Assembly: GCA_963575745.1 (NCBI GenBank)
Contig: CAUYUJ010000318.1
Span: forward strand, 1-64,000
Source: Prorocentrum cordatum
Lineage: Eukaryota
DNA length: 64,000 nucleotides
Direction: 5' to 3'
The notes beneath the pieces are model-generated. The model was given only the letters and a program-made list of their open reading frames with translations. It was not told where the DNA came from and searched no databases. Positions 23,397 to 36,395 of this stretch are shown in pieces. Position 1 is the first letter of the stretch, and each line of letters starts with the position of its first letter. The position numbers and the translations under genes were made by a program.

Positions 23397-24589
23397 GATG
23401 TGGCAGACTGGGGCAGCCCGCAAGGATTTGCCCAGCAGCAAAGACGTATCACCTTGCACTGGCCTGGCCCCTCTTTGCAGCAGCGCGCGTCTGGAGGCTC
23501 GCCGCCCAGGCTCCCTGGGAGGTGACAGCTCAGCAGGCTTGGCGGTGCGACTGTGAGCTGCAGGACCGGGCCCTCCGAGGCCACGAGCTCAAAAGCGCTC
23601 CTGAGGGTCCCAGGTATCGGCGTAAGGCTCAGTGTGGTGGCTCGTAGCGGTCTGGATCCTGGGCTCGATTCCCATTTCGGTTGGGGGGAGGGGGTGATCA
23701 GGGTGTTGTCAACATTCGCTTGAAATTCGGCGCGCGTTGTCCCAAGAAATCCGAGCCAAGTGGAAACGGCGCCAAACCGATTGGCCATAATAATTATATG
23801 ACAGGTCCCAGGGCAGCCTTCCATGAGGGGGTCCCCAAGGAGACATACGCTGAGCATTCGGGGTCTGGTGTGGCTTCGGGGGCCCACGGTACCGAGATAT
23901 ATGGTTTCTCTTTGTATCAGCCAGGTGCGGGTTAGTCCTACCATTTCGGTTCCGTCATGGTTGGCTTGGTCCGGGCCTGGTCGGTACAGCTTGCGCAGGT
24001 CGGCGCCCGCCCGTCTGGGCGTTTGCAGGCGGCTTCTCCTGATGCGAGGCTTGGCGAACCGCTGGCGAAGAACTGCGCCCCCTTGTCGGGAACGTCCTCG
24101 GCCTCATGCCGTGGGATCAGTTCCTAGGTTGGCTGCGGCGTCCGTCCTTCGCTCGGTCTGAGGTCCAACTAGGATTTGCAGGGCTTCTACGAGGGGATGT
24201 CGAACAACGGTTGACGAGGCCAGGACGACGGATTTACGCTAAGCTATGTGGCACCCCGGGTCGATGTCGATCGTGCCTTTCATGCAGGACGCGGCGTAGG
24301 ACAGGGTCTGAACTGGGTCCGTTGGTTCCTTTCGGGCCTGGAGGAGGAAGTCATTCATGAACATGTGGAGGTCTATATTGGGATTGTCCTGGACGCGGAC
24401 ATCGAGTGGGACACTGATAAACATCTGGACGACGTAAGTGGCGAAACTACAGCCTGCTGGTATATCATACTGCGGGGTGCCTCCAACAACTGTTCGGCCT
24501 CGGCTCGCCACAAGCCTTGGGCATCCATGCTGAGAGGAGGCGGGGGAGGAGGATGATGAAGAAGAGGAGGAGAAGGAGGACGACGATGA

Positions 24590-24930
24590 CTCTGGCTTGG
24601 GGTCGTCTGGAGGCCCTCGTAGGGTCCTCTTGTGGCTCTCTCGCGGCCCTCTTGGTGCTGCGTTGGAAGGTCTTGGGGTCCTCTTGGGGGTATTTAGGTA
24701 GGTCATGGGCCCTCTTGGACCCCCCTTGGGGGCCTCTCGGGAGTTTTGGAGGAGCTCTATCCCTCTGGAGGCCATATTGGGGCGCGCTTGGGGCGCCCTT
24801 GGACGCTCTTGGCGTCATCTTAAAGATCTCAGGGGTCTCTCGGGCTCCTTCTGGGGCCATCTGGGGGCCATCCCGAGGCCTCAGAAACACATCGGAAGCG
24901 AGACGGCGCGAAAGCAAACATCATTGATTC
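24590..24930 (+). repeat. 10-11-bp periodic array
   Basis: TCTTGG periodicity following a GAG tract. Confidence 0.8.
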
Positions 24931-25439
24931 TCTGTTGGTTTCGAGTCCAGGTGCGCTTCGCATCCAGGACTACAGACCGCCGTGGAAGACTGGGAGGAGA
25001 AGTTGCGATGATGGAGGAGGAGAACGAGGGATGGGACGGGGCAAGAGGAGGAGATAAATGCCCGTGGCGCTTACACCCGCGGGCGAATCGTTCTGTCGCG
25101 GCAGAAGCAAGAGTTTGCGAATCGTCTGGACCGTCAGATGCTTGCTCGATCAGGAGCGGGGAGGGGGCTTCAGACGCACGGATACGGGTCGCTCCCACTA
25201 TGTCTTGTTCAAGCCAGGATTCGGCCCGGGTGCGCGTTCATGCATTAAGGCAGTGCATTGGGAGAGTGACGTAGGACGCGACTAGCTAACGTGAGGGTTG
25301 CCGCCACTAGGACACATTAGAACACAGGGGCGCAGTGGACGAAGGGAATGAGAGGATGGGGGGAGGATGGACGGGGGATGGGAGGGGAAGGATTGGGGAG
25401 AGGGAGGGCTGAGGAGGGGAAGTAATTAGTGAGGAAGGC

Positions 25440-25760
25440 AAGCATGATGATGAGCGGGAGGAAGATGCGGAGGATGAGGATGATCATGCTGGTGCTGACG
25501 ATGGTGATCGTGATGATCATGGTGCTGATGACGATAGTGATGATGAGGCGGTTTGTGATGATGATGTTGATGATGCTGATGATGATGACGCTGACGCTGA
25601 CGATGAGGACGAGGGTGCAGATGATGATGGTGATGATGATGATGATGATGATGATGACAATGATGCTGCTGCTGATGATGATGATGATGATGATGATGGT
25701 GATGGTGACGATGACAATGATACTGCTGCTGCTGATGATGATGATGATGGTGACGATGAC

Positions 25761-25808
<48 letters not shown>

Positions 25809-26490
25809 ACTGGTTATGGGAATGATGCTACTGATGACGATGGTGATCATGCACATGTGGATAATGATGATACTGCTGGTGATGATGATGACGTCGATGA
25901 TGCTGGTGCTCATGACGCGTATCAGGATGATGTTGATGGCAACGACGACGATTATGGAAATGCTGATGTTGTTGCTGATGATGATGATCATGACGAGCAT
26001 GGTTATGATTTCTGAGATGGTGATCGTGTTGGTGATGGTGATGGCCGCGACGCATACGCTAAAGTCGATGTCGAGGTTGATGATTCCGCTTATGCAGACT
26101 ACCAGACCTGTGTTGTTGATGATTATGGGGGGTATCGATGACGGTTATTGTTGTGTCGCGGTGATGATTATGATGATGATGTTGATGCTGATGTTGATGC
26201 TGATGATGATGATGATGAGGATGATGATGAGGATGATGATGAGGATGCCGCGGTTGCTGCTGCTGCTGCTGCCGCTGACACTGATGTTGACGTTGATGCT
26301 GCTGATGATCATGTTGATGCTGCTAATGATGATGGTGATGACGAGGATGATGATGAGGATCATGATGCTCATGAGGATGACGATGCCAACGACGATGACG
26401 ATGACGATGGCGATGACGACCACGATTATGAGGAGGATGCGGATAATGAATGCTGGAGGTGATGATGAGGAGGATGAGGAGGATGAGGTG
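25440..26490. repeat. degenerate (GAT)n microsatellite, ~1 kb
   Basis: Direct reading. Source of the poly-Met/poly-Ile ORFs in the track. Confidence 0.97.
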
Positions 26491-26655
26491 GACGAGAATG
26501 TGGAGGGTTGGGGGACTGTGAGGGATGAAGGGCGGGACGAGTGAGGAGGGGAATGGTCAATGGGAAAGAAGAAGGGCTGGAGGAGGAAGAGACGGAGCGG
26601 CAGTAGAGGCAGGAGGAGAGGGTATGCCTGCGGAGTTTCCCCCTCCCCCCCCCAG

Positions 26656-26691
26656 GAGATCCACTCGAAGGCGGCTGACGCAAAGCCGCAG
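26656..26691 (+). CDS. OPR/HPR protein exon 4 (EIHSKAADAKPQ), 36 nt
   Basis: CCCAG|GAG acceptor, CAG|GA donor. Supplies KPQ before EIANTLW and gives a 37-aa repeat. Confidence 0.85.
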
Positions 26692-28264
26692 GACGAACCC
26701 CCCCCTGTGCCTCGTCCTCCTGTGCCCGCGCACCCCTAGCGCGGCAGCGCGGTCTCGGGCGTCCTCAAAGGGCAGGGCGCGGAGGGAACGGGTGAGGGGG
26801 GTGGGAGGGGGTGTTGACAGGTGGGGGGGGAATGGGTGGATGGATGGATGGATGGATGGATGGATGGACACGCCGCCAACTGGGCTGCCATGTGGAAGCC
26901 TCGGGCCGGCCGCGGCAGCAAACGATCCACAGAACCGGAGCTGGGAACCGACGGCAACCTTTGCAGTGCCCATCCAGGGGAGGAAGGGAGTTATTGGCCG
27001 GGAGTCGGGGACGATGGGGAGAGGGAGGGAGGGAATGAGGAAGGAAGGAAGAAGGAGGCGGAGGAGGAGGAGGAGGAGGACGGAGGATGGTCCTTCTCCT
27101 CCCCCCTCCCTCCTCGTCACTCGCCCTCTCCCCCCTCCTCCCCCTTGTTCCCCCGCCGCCCCGCGCGCGGGGGGACGGGTAACATTATGCCAAACAACAC
27201 TGCACTCTGTGGCCTCTCCTTCCCCCCTCGAGTGTAGTTATTGCAATCTCGGGAAGGAGGCGACATGAAGCCTGGACAACACATGAGTTGAGACGTCGAA
27301 TCCGCTGACCCTCAGGGGAGCCTAAAACACCGCCATTTGTTGACACGACGGGGGGGTGGGGGAGGGGGAGAAGGAGGAGTTCAGGAAGGGAATTGGGAAC
27401 GCGTGCGCGTCCACGGCGAGTTTACCGGTCTTGTGGTCCCTGGGGCGGTTCAGGGAATTCGCTTTCCCATGGGCTGATAGTCGTGGCGCTAACAATGACC
27501 CGATTTCTGTTTGCCACGGATGCGTGCTACCCAGCTGCATGCGGCAAGTCCTGCCACCGTGCCAGCCCACCATTCTCTCCTCCGATTCGAAGAGCGCGAA
27601 AGCCGCACCGTGTGACACCTCGTATCACGAGGCTTGGGCGAGCCGTAGACTATGGCACGCTCTTCCACGTCGTGTCCAGGTGTCTCTCTTGGTGTTCGTC
27701 GTCGTCGTCTTCATCCTTTCCTCTTCTTCCCTCTTCTGTTGGGAGCCTTTCGGAGGCGTCTTGGGGGCCTCTTGTGGCAACACTGGGCCGTCTTGGAAGC
27801 ATCTTGGGCCACTCTAGCGGTCTTGGTGGCCTGCCTGGGCCGTCTCTGAAGCCAATTTGGGCATCTCGTCTTGGAGAGCGCCAGAGGGCCATCGATGCGC
27901 CCAGGAATTCTCGGGAGAGGAGTATGAGAAGAGGGGGGGAACATGTAGAGCATCGCAGAAGCACTTGGCATTCTAGCACTCCCACGACGAAAAGGGGCCC
28001 CATGACGAGCAGGAAGGGGCCCCATGACGAGCAGGAAGGGGAGTGGAGAGAGTTCGACAGCGAGGTGGAAGGGATGGGCAGCCAGTGAAGAAGCGGAATG
28101 GCCATCCCCCCTGCCTTTTTTTTGCCCTTCCCTCCTGTTCCTCTCTTCTCCCCTCCCTCCCTGCCTCCCTCCCTGCCTCCCTCCCTCCCTCCCTCCCCCC
28201 TCCTCCTCCTTTTCCTCCTCCTCCTCCTCCTCCTCCTCCACCTCCCTTTCCTCCTCCTCCGCAT

Positions 28265-28389
28265 GTTCATCATCTCATAGTCATCATCAGCATCATCATT
28301 ATCACCATCAGTATCATCATCATAGTCATGTTCATCAGCATCAGCAGTATCATCATCATCATCATCATCATCATCAGCAGTATCATCAG

Positions 28390-28434
<45 letters not shown>

Positions 28435-28535
28435 TATCATCATCATCAGTAGCATTACCATTATCATTATCGTCTGCAGCATCGTCAATCTCAGCAGCAT
28501 CAGCATCCAGCATCATCAACAAAAACATCATTATC
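28265..28535. repeat. (CAT)n microsatellite
   Basis: Direct reading. Confidence 0.95.
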
Positions 28536-29085
28536 GTCGTCGTCCTCAATTATCCCTGCTCCTCTCTTCTTTCGCCTTCTCCTCCTCCTCCTTCCTCGCC
28601 TCTCCTGCCTCCTCCTCTTATCCCTCCCCCTTCCCTTCCTCCTCCCCTCCTCCATCTTCCCCCCCTCGTTCTCTACCAGCCAAACCGGTACAAAGCACAG
28701 CGAAGCCGTTGTTGAGCAAACGCCTCCTTCCTCCTCCTCCTCCTCCGTCTCATTCATTCCTCCTTCTTCCTGCGCTTTCTCCTTGGACAGTGGGAAACCG
28801 ACCCCCGCCCCCACGACTATGGATGTCACATGTCAGCGTTTTGCATTTACGGCGAATGAGCGCAAGTGTAGGCGCCCTATCGGCGAGACCATTGCCAGCT
28901 GCCGCAAGAGGGCCCCGCGCTCGCGGCGAACGTCCTGGGCCCGCTCGACGCGGCCGCGCCCGCGCTTGCATTCCCAGGGCACCGCGTGCCACGTCCGCGG
29001 CATGCAGTTTGAGGCGACGGCGGCGCTGTCCCTCGCACGGCAGCGCCGCTGGCCCATCCGAGGGCTCCCGCGCCCGCTTCCGTCG

Positions 29086-29620
29086 CCCCCTCATAACCCA
29101 GCCGGCGGAGAAGTTTACATCGGGAACGTTTCTCTTTGGTCCAACATAAAGTTTTCTTGCGTTTGTATAAGCACCTATTTGTGTTTCTATAAATTAGTCG
29201 GGGCTCTCCCGCGCGAGACTTTCTGCTTCGGAGAAGTTTAGATTTATTGTATATCGTGTTTATATGAACTGTTTCGCCTTGAGCATGAACTTTTTGGGGG
29301 CGTGGATCTAAGCTTCTCGATGCGCGCCCGTGCGGGGCGGGCCCTGGGCGCCGCCTGGAGCTCTTGCCAGCGCCGCCAAAGGCCGACGCGCCAAGTGGGT
29401 TTTGCCCTGGCACGGGCGCACGAATGTCCACAATGATTATGGGCATTGACCGCGTACCAGCGCAAGGGGCCGCCAAGTTCAAAGGCCCACGAGCATTGCG
29501 GCAGCGCGCGCTTCGCACTGAAATGCGCGGCGTTGTCGTTCGCTGACTGTCGGGCAGTTTCCGCGTGCAGTTCGCGCGTCGCTTGACGGCCCCATCGGTC
29601 TAAAGTTTTTCATGAGGGGG
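29086..29620. mobile_element. possible ~535-bp TIR element
   Basis: CCCCCTCATAA ... TCATGAGGGGG short inverted ends around a partly AT-rich interior. No clear TSD. Confidence 0.3.
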
Positions 29621-29795
29621 GCGGGGGGCGCTTTTCATGCGTTCGCCCCTCCTCATCCTCCTCCTCCCCCTTCCCTTTCTCGTCCTCCCCTCTCCCCCTC
29701 CTCCTCCGCCTCCTCTTCCTCCGCCTCCACCTCCGCCTCCTTTTCCCTTCCCTCCGCCTCGCCCTTCGCGGGTGCCCGCTCCTCCCCGCCCCCAG

Positions 29796-29843
29796 GAGAT
29801 CGCCAACACCCTCTGGGCATACGCGAAGAACCGCTCCGTGGAG
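29796..29843 (+). CDS. OPR/HPR protein exon 5 (EIANTLWAYAKNRSVE)
   Basis: CCCAG|GAG acceptor, GAG|GC donor. Confidence 0.88.
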
Positions 29844-30887
29844 GCCCGGAAACGCCCGACTGGGTCGGGTGCCCCCGGCCGGGGCTCGCGTCAAACAGTC
29901 AGTAGCGAAGCGGTCTGACTTGCCCAAAGCCCGCCACAGAGCGTTCTCAGGATCGGCTGCGGTTTGCAGGATATGTATTTTACAACAGGTTTGACTGAGG
30001 CCACCTTGTTTACACATCGGCTCGATGGTCTAACAGAGTTGTTTTGTTATTCAAACATCATTTGTTTCTAAGAGGATATCGTGGTAGGCTTACAAGAATG
30101 CCGGGACGGTCGGTCCCTGCTGCAGTCACGGGGGTCGGCGTTGACGGGGGCCGGCCAGTCCCCTGGCTGACCCAGTTTTGGGAGCCACGTGGGCCGATTC
30201 CCGATGTCCGCCTTCGCTGACGTGGGTTTGGGATATACTGAGCTCTAGGCCTCCCGATGGTCGGATCAGATGCGGTCGGAGGATCGCGCCACATCGGCGA
30301 TGCATCGGCGATGCGGCTCGATGTGGAGCCCGATTTTCCCCACGCCGACAGCGCCGGTGCACCGCCGCCGCCTATGCACCACCGATGCATTGATGATGCG
30401 TCGACGATGCGGCGCGTTCTTCCGAATCCATCTACTTATGAGCGACAAGAATCGCTATTGGGCCCTGGCCGACCTGGGTTTGTGTTGCAAGCACGATGCG
30501 CATGTTCATTACTAAAGGTCAGAGTCGGACCGAGGCGTTGGCGCGCCCAGGCGCTCAAGGCACGCTCTGATCGATCGGGCCCGCATCAATCTTCGGAGTT
30601 TTGGGCCGCGGGCATGCTCAGAGTTTACACTTCTCTGTTGCTTACGCCTGCCCAGTACGGGATCTCTAATTGTATTGCGAATGCCTCACGGCCGGTGCCG
30701 CCGATCCCGAAGGGGGACGACGGCGGCGGCGGCGACGACGACGCTGACGTGGGTCAGAGTCCTCAGGGATACTTGGTGGAGTCTCTTCGGAGCGCATTCG
30801 ATAGGCCTCTGGGGGGCATGTTCGGCGCGTCTTGGGAGAATCTTGAAAGCCGTTTGACTTTTGGGTGCATCTTGGGGCTTCCCCAAG

Positions 30888-31142
30888 GTCAGCCAGGCAT
30901 CCAGTCAGCCGAACAGCCGGTGAACCAGTCAGTTGGTCAATCGGTCAGCCAGTCATCCGGTCAGCCGGTCAGCCGTTCAGCTGGTCAGCTGGTCAGCCAG
31001 TCAACCGGTCAGCCGGTCAGTCGGTCAGCCAGTCAGCTGGTCAGCCGGTCAGCCGATCAGTCGGTCAGCCAGTCAGCCAGTGAGTTGGCCAGCCAGTCAG
31101 CCGGTCAGCCGGTCAGCCAGTTAACCAGTCAACTGGTCAAAG
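30888..31142. repeat. ~12-bp (CAGCCGGTCAGT-like) tandem repeat
   Basis: Direct reading. A second array lies at 32175-32405. Confidence 0.9.
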
Positions 31143-31749
31143 GGTCATTTGAGCAGCATTCTTGACACTTCGCGCGCTCCCCACCAGCCCATTCAGAAAC
31201 GATGCCCATGAGAGCTGACGGTTTGAGAGAGGAAGAGACACGCATAGTAAAACAGTCAGGGAGGCCGGCCTGGACGGCGTGTTCGGGCCATCTCCAGGCC
31301 CGCGTGGGGGGGCGGGGGCGAATAAGTGGAGGTGAAGGAGGAGGAGGAGGAGAAGGGAGGAGGAGGCAAGAGGAGCAAGACGAGGAGAAGGAAAACGTGG
31401 ATGAGGAGGACGAGGACTAAGAGAGTGAGGAGGAGGAGGAGGAGGAGGAGGAGGAGGAAACTTGCGAGGACGAGGACGAAGGATATGGAAGAAAACGAGA
31501 GGTCGAGGAGAAGGAGGAGGAGGAGGAGGAGGAGGAGGAGGAGGAGGAGGGGGAGTATTTAGGAGGATAATCATTTGAATTAGGAGTAGGGCGAGGAGGT
31601 CGACAAGGATAAGGACGAGGAGGCGGACGAGGACGATGACGAGGAGGACGAGGAGGAGGACGAGGAGGACGAGGAGGAGGACGAGGAGGACGAGGAGGAG
31701 GACGAGGACGAGACGGCGTCTTGCGTACCTCGGGTTTTGAAGTATTTTG

Positions 31750-32135
31750 GATTCTCGGCGGCCTCCTCGGCCATCTTGGAGCCGTCTTGGAGCGGTCTTG
31801 GGGCCTCTTGGAGCATCTTGGGAGCATTCTTGAGCCAGCTTGGGCTATCTTGGGCCATCTTGGAGGTTATCTTGGGCTCTCTGAGGCCGCTCGCAGGCCT
31901 CTTTGGTGTGACCTCTTGGAGCTTCTTGGGGCGCTCTTGGAGCTCTCTTGGGGACATCTTCGGAGCCCTGGAGTGCCTCTTGGTGCATCTTTAAGCCGGT
32001 CGGTCAAAAGAGAGGGAGTCCTCGATGTCTGCCCACCCCCTCGGGGGCCAGAGGGGTGCCACAAATTGAGGGGTTGTGGAAGAAAAAGAGATCACCCTTA
32101 GACCACCTGTCGCCCAAAGGGCTGGTGGGATTTCT
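31750..32135 (+). repeat. 10-11-bp periodic array element with variant hairpin tail
   Basis: TCTTGG periodicity. Ends CCACC-TGTC-GCCC-AAA-GGGC-T-GGTGG-GAT. Confidence 0.85.
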
Positions 32136-32414
32136 GGCTGAGACCGTCTTGTTTTAACACATCGGGTTCATATTGGTCAGGCGGTCAGCGGCTCCCCGGT
32201 CAGCCGGTCAGCCGGTTAGCTTGTCAGTCAGTCAGCCGGTCAGCCAGTCAACGGGTCAGCCGATCAGCCGGTCAGCCAGTCAGCCGGTCAGTTGGTCCTT
32301 GGTAAACCGGCCGGTCATGCGGTCAACCAGTCAGCCGGTCAACCAGTCAGCCAGTCAACCAGTCAGCCGGTCAGCCAGTTTGTTGGTCAGTCGGTCAATT
32401 GGTCGCGGTGTTGA

Positions 32415-33098
32415 AGGTGATAACGATACCGCAGACGATGACCATGACCATGACCATGACGACGATGACGATGATGGCGATGATGAGAATGGTGATGATG
32501 ATGTTGATTATGGCGATGATGAGAATGATGCTGATGATGACGACGATGATGGTGATGATGATGATGATGGTGATGCTGATGATGATGATGATGCTTCTGA
32601 TGCTGATGCTGATACTGATGCTGATGATGATGCTGTCCTGGTGATCATGATGACAATAATGATGATGATGATGACGATGATGATGATGATGATGAGGATG
32701 GTGGTGGTGATGATGTTTATTTTGATGCTGATGATGATGGGCATGGGGATGAGGATGGGGTTTTTGATGGTGATGATGATGGTGGTGACAACGATTATGA
32801 CGATGGTAATCATGTTGGTGATGATGCTGATGATACTGCCGATGCTGATGGGGATAGGGGATGGGAATGGTGATGATGATGGTGACGATGATGCTGTTAT
32901 TGATGCTGATGATACTGATGGTGAGTGTGATGGTGCTGGTGATGATGATGTTGATGCTGATGATGCTGACGTTGATGATGATTAGTATGGTGATGGTGAT
33001 GGTGATGGTGATGATGCTGATGCTGATGATGATGATGATGATGATGTTCATGATGATGCTGATGATGATGACGACTGTGATGGTGATGGTGATGGTGC

Positions 33099-33153
<55 letters not shown>

Positions 33154-33192
33154 AGTTGTGGTGGTGGTGATGATGATGATGCTGATGATGAT
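32415..33192. repeat. degenerate (GAT)n microsatellite
   Basis: Direct reading. Confidence 0.97.
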
Positions 33193-34129
33193 AGGTCCCC
33201 TGTTCACCAGTCTACGGTCTACCCGTCCATCGGTTCACTTGCTCACCAGTCCAGCAGGAGGAGAAGTATAGGCAGATGAGGAGAATATGACGGATGAGGA
33301 GGAGGGGAAGGAGTCGGAGGAGGAGGAAGGCTTCGAGAAATTCAGGAAAATGAGGACCACGAGGTCAGGATGAGGATGAGAATGTTCAGGTTGAGGAGAA
33401 GGATGATCAGGAGGAGTGGGATCAGGATCAGGATCCAGAGCATGAGGAGGATCATAATGAGGAGGATCAGGCACAAGAGGATCAAGACGAGAAGGAGTAA
33501 TATCAGGACGATACTGACCAAGATGATGAGGATCGGGAAGAGGAGGATCCAGATGAGAAGGATCAAGGGAATAATAGGCCAGGAGGAAGGAGAGGCGGCA
33601 GAAACTAAGAGAGTGGGAGGGAGATGGGATGGATGAATGGGAAAGGGGACGGTCCACCTGGCCTCTGGTCCGCTTGTCCGCCAGAGCGTTGGCCCGTATG
33701 TTGTATGCCCGCGAGTGCTCCTTGTGCCTGTCACCTTGAGACAAGCGTAGAGGTGGAGGTTAGGGGTACAAGGGTGAGCACGGAGCATCATAAGCAGGAA
33801 CACATGTTGGTAGGCATGATCGGGGTGATGATGACGATGATGAGGCTTAGGATGGAAATTGTTGACGCTTCGCGTATCCCCACCAGCCCATCCAGAAACG
33901 ATGCTCAGGGGAGTTGAGGTGATCAGGGAAGTCGGGGAGCATGCAGAATAACAAAGGGCGGGGGAAGCTGTCACAGACCCCGAGAGGGGGAGGATGGAAG
34001 AGGAGTCGTCGTCGTCGTCGTCGTCGTCGGAGGAGGAGGAGGAGGAGGGGGAAGAGGAGGAGGAGGAGGAGGAGGAGGAGGACGGAGAAGGAGGAAGAAT
34101 CGGAGGAGGAGGAGGAGGAGGGGAAGGAG

Positions 34130-34833
34130 CTTCTTGGGGGTCTTTTGAGGGCCTCTTGGAGGGCTTTTTGGGCGCCTTGGGGCATCTTGGGCGCCTCTTG
34201 GGACCCTCTTGAGGCGCTCTGGGGAGCCTTCGGGGCGCTTTTGGGGCCATCTTGGAGGGAGTCGATCAAACAAGAGGGGGGGTTTAATTAGCGCCCCCCC
34301 TCGGAAGCCCCTAAAATCGCCTCTTGGACCCCTCTTGGAACGCTCTTGGAGTGCTCTTGGGCGCTCTTGGGGCCGTCTTGGGGCTCTTTTGGGGCTCTCT
34401 TGGGGCCCTCTTGGGCCATCTTGGAGCCATCTCCAGGCCTCGGATGGCCATCGGAAGCGAAAAGGCGAGAAAGCAAAAATCATTGATTTTCCTTAGGTTT
34501 TGGGACGATTTTGGCCTCTTCGGGGCCTCCTTGGGGAGCTGTTTGGCCACTTGGAGTTATCTTGGGGCCGTCTTTGGGCTTCTTGGAACCATCTTAGGAG
34601 CCATCGTGAGCGATCTTGCGCTATCTTGAGCCATCTTGGAGCTCATCTTGGGTTCTCTGAGGCGCTCTTGGAGCCGTCTTGGGCCATCTTGGACGCTCTA
34701 ACTACCCGCGGCCCCCCCCGTCCAGGTCCAGGGGAGGGGGTAGGGGGAGGGGTAAACCCCTCCCCAAGGGGGAAGAGGGAGGGGTGGAAGAGGATCTGCT
34801 CTAGACCACCTACGCCCAGAGGGCTGGTGGGAT
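34130..34833 (+). repeat. 10-11-bp periodic array element with hairpin tail (best-preserved copy)
   Basis: T(C/T)TTGG starts at 34322, 34333, 34344, 34355, 34365, 34376, 34387, 34398, 34409 and 34419. Ends CCACC-TAC-GCCC-AGA-GGGC-T-GGTGG-GAT. Confidence 0.9.
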
Positions 34834-35806
34834 TATGCTTATGCTGGTGCCGTTGGATATGGTAACGGGGATGACGTTGCTGCTGATGATTACGATCATG
34901 ATGATGATCATGACGGTCATGATCATGACGGTCAAGTTGGTGACGTTGATTATGATGAGGATGGTGATGGTGATGAGGATGGTTGTGATGTTTTTGCTGA
35001 TGACTACGAGGAGGAGGGCGAGGAGCAGGAAGAGGACAATGAGGGCGAGGAGGACCATAATATGAAGGAAGGGAAACGCATCAGGAGGAGAAGGGTGAAT
35101 GGGGTAATCATACGGTGGGATCGGAAAGTCTGGGCGGTGTTTTGTTGTTCGACCACGTCCCCGTCAAGCTGGTAGGAACATGGTGTTTTCTACTACGACT
35201 GTGTTGTTTGCTTTCTCTGTTTCTGGACACCCCCATCCAACATCAGTCCCATCTTAGTCGTCATCTCCTTTCTGGTGCGCATTATGTTTTGATGAATCTA
35301 GCCGTGCTATCATGAGACCTCCTGCCTGCGCGGGTGCTCCAGACACGCTTGCACGGAATTCCGCAACTAACAGTTGCGAACATTTTGGGCCGCAGAGGAA
35401 ATCTTCAAATGGTCCGGGTATGCTGACGGCCAAGCGCACTGGTGGCCCAGTCTTCGGAACGCAGCGCCGTGTTAGTGCCGCGCTTGGGTCACAGGGGGAC
35501 AGATGGCTGTTTCACCCCAAGTTGTTTCACACAGCGTTCTTACACCTGGATCGTTTTACGCCACATTCGGGTTGCTTCAGTTCATTCAGCGCCGTTCCAT
35601 CAAGATCAAGCTCGGCTTGTGGGTGCACGCGGCCAGAAACAGTTGTTTTACCTCGGCGGCCCCCGGCCCCGGTGGGGCGCGGCGCCGCGTTCCCATGCAG
35701 CGCGGCGTGCCCGGCCGACCGCCGGACCAAAGACCGCTGGCCGCCACCCAGCGCACCGAGGTCGCGCGCGGCTCGTGCGCGGTGATATTTTCCTGACGGA
35801 CCCCGC

Positions 35807-35979
35807 TAAAACAGGGCTAGGATCGGGATAAATCGCTCCAGAGCGTTCTGGAGCGCTCTCAGAGCGTTCCGGAACGCTCTGGAGCGGCCGCGGCGCCCAA
35901 TACATCCTCCAAACCCGCCGATTCTCCGAGATTTCGAGTTATCCCGATCCCATTTTGTCCCGATCTTCGCGTCGTTTTA
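35807..35979 (-). mobile_element. 173-bp MITE (TAAAAC termini) with 5-bp TSD CCCGC
   Basis: Imperfect 26-bp TIR TAAAAC-N8-GATCGGGA(T/C)AAA. CCCGC at 35802-35806 and 35980-35984. Reverse-complement copy at 40763-40935. Confidence 0.9.
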
Positions 35980-36212
35980 CCCGCGCCTCTGAGGTCCCGC
36001 GCGCCGGTCCCTCTCCGGAGAGCGGCCCCCTGGCGGTCCGGCGCTCGACGGCGCTCGACGCTCCGCCGGGGGGCTCTCCTGCCCCCGCGCCAGCGGCGCC
36101 CGCTGCCCCATGGCGCCGCGGCGCAGCCGCCGCCGGAGGGCGCCCCGCCCGAGGCGCTCCGTCGCGCGAGCTGCGCGGTGGGCGCGGTGGACCGGGCCCA
36201 GGCCATCCCTTG

Positions 36213-36395
36213 CCCAGACCTCCGACGTCGCGAGAAACTCACGACGAAGGTTTTAGACAATTTTCGGCCTCTGGAGGCCCTCGCCGGGCCTCGGGAGCGT
36301 CAAAAACAACTCGGGATGAAAAACCGGTCCCAGGGAAGGTCTCCAGATTTCGGGGGGCCGACGTCGTGAGTTTCTCACGACGTCGGGGGTCTGGG
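36213..36395. mobile_element. 183-bp MITE with 34-bp TIR
   Basis: CCCAGACCTCCGACGTCGCGAGAAACTCACGACG matches the reverse complement of 36362-36395 at 32/34. Confidence 0.85.

Noticed and set aside
24181..24225. LLRGDVEQRLTRPG resembling a 2A peptide within a coding-like stretch (23700-24520)
   Set aside because: It lacks the required NPGP, and the surrounding region has no motif I can assign.
25317..26544. Long poly-Met/Ile/Asp/His ORFs (also 18129-20018, 28043-29149, 32173-33271)
   Set aside because: They are translations of GAT/CAT and CCT microsatellites, not genes.
33195..33240. PLFTSL as the exon after exon 5
   Set aside because: It is in the wrong phase. 39502-39570 fits both phase and repeat length.
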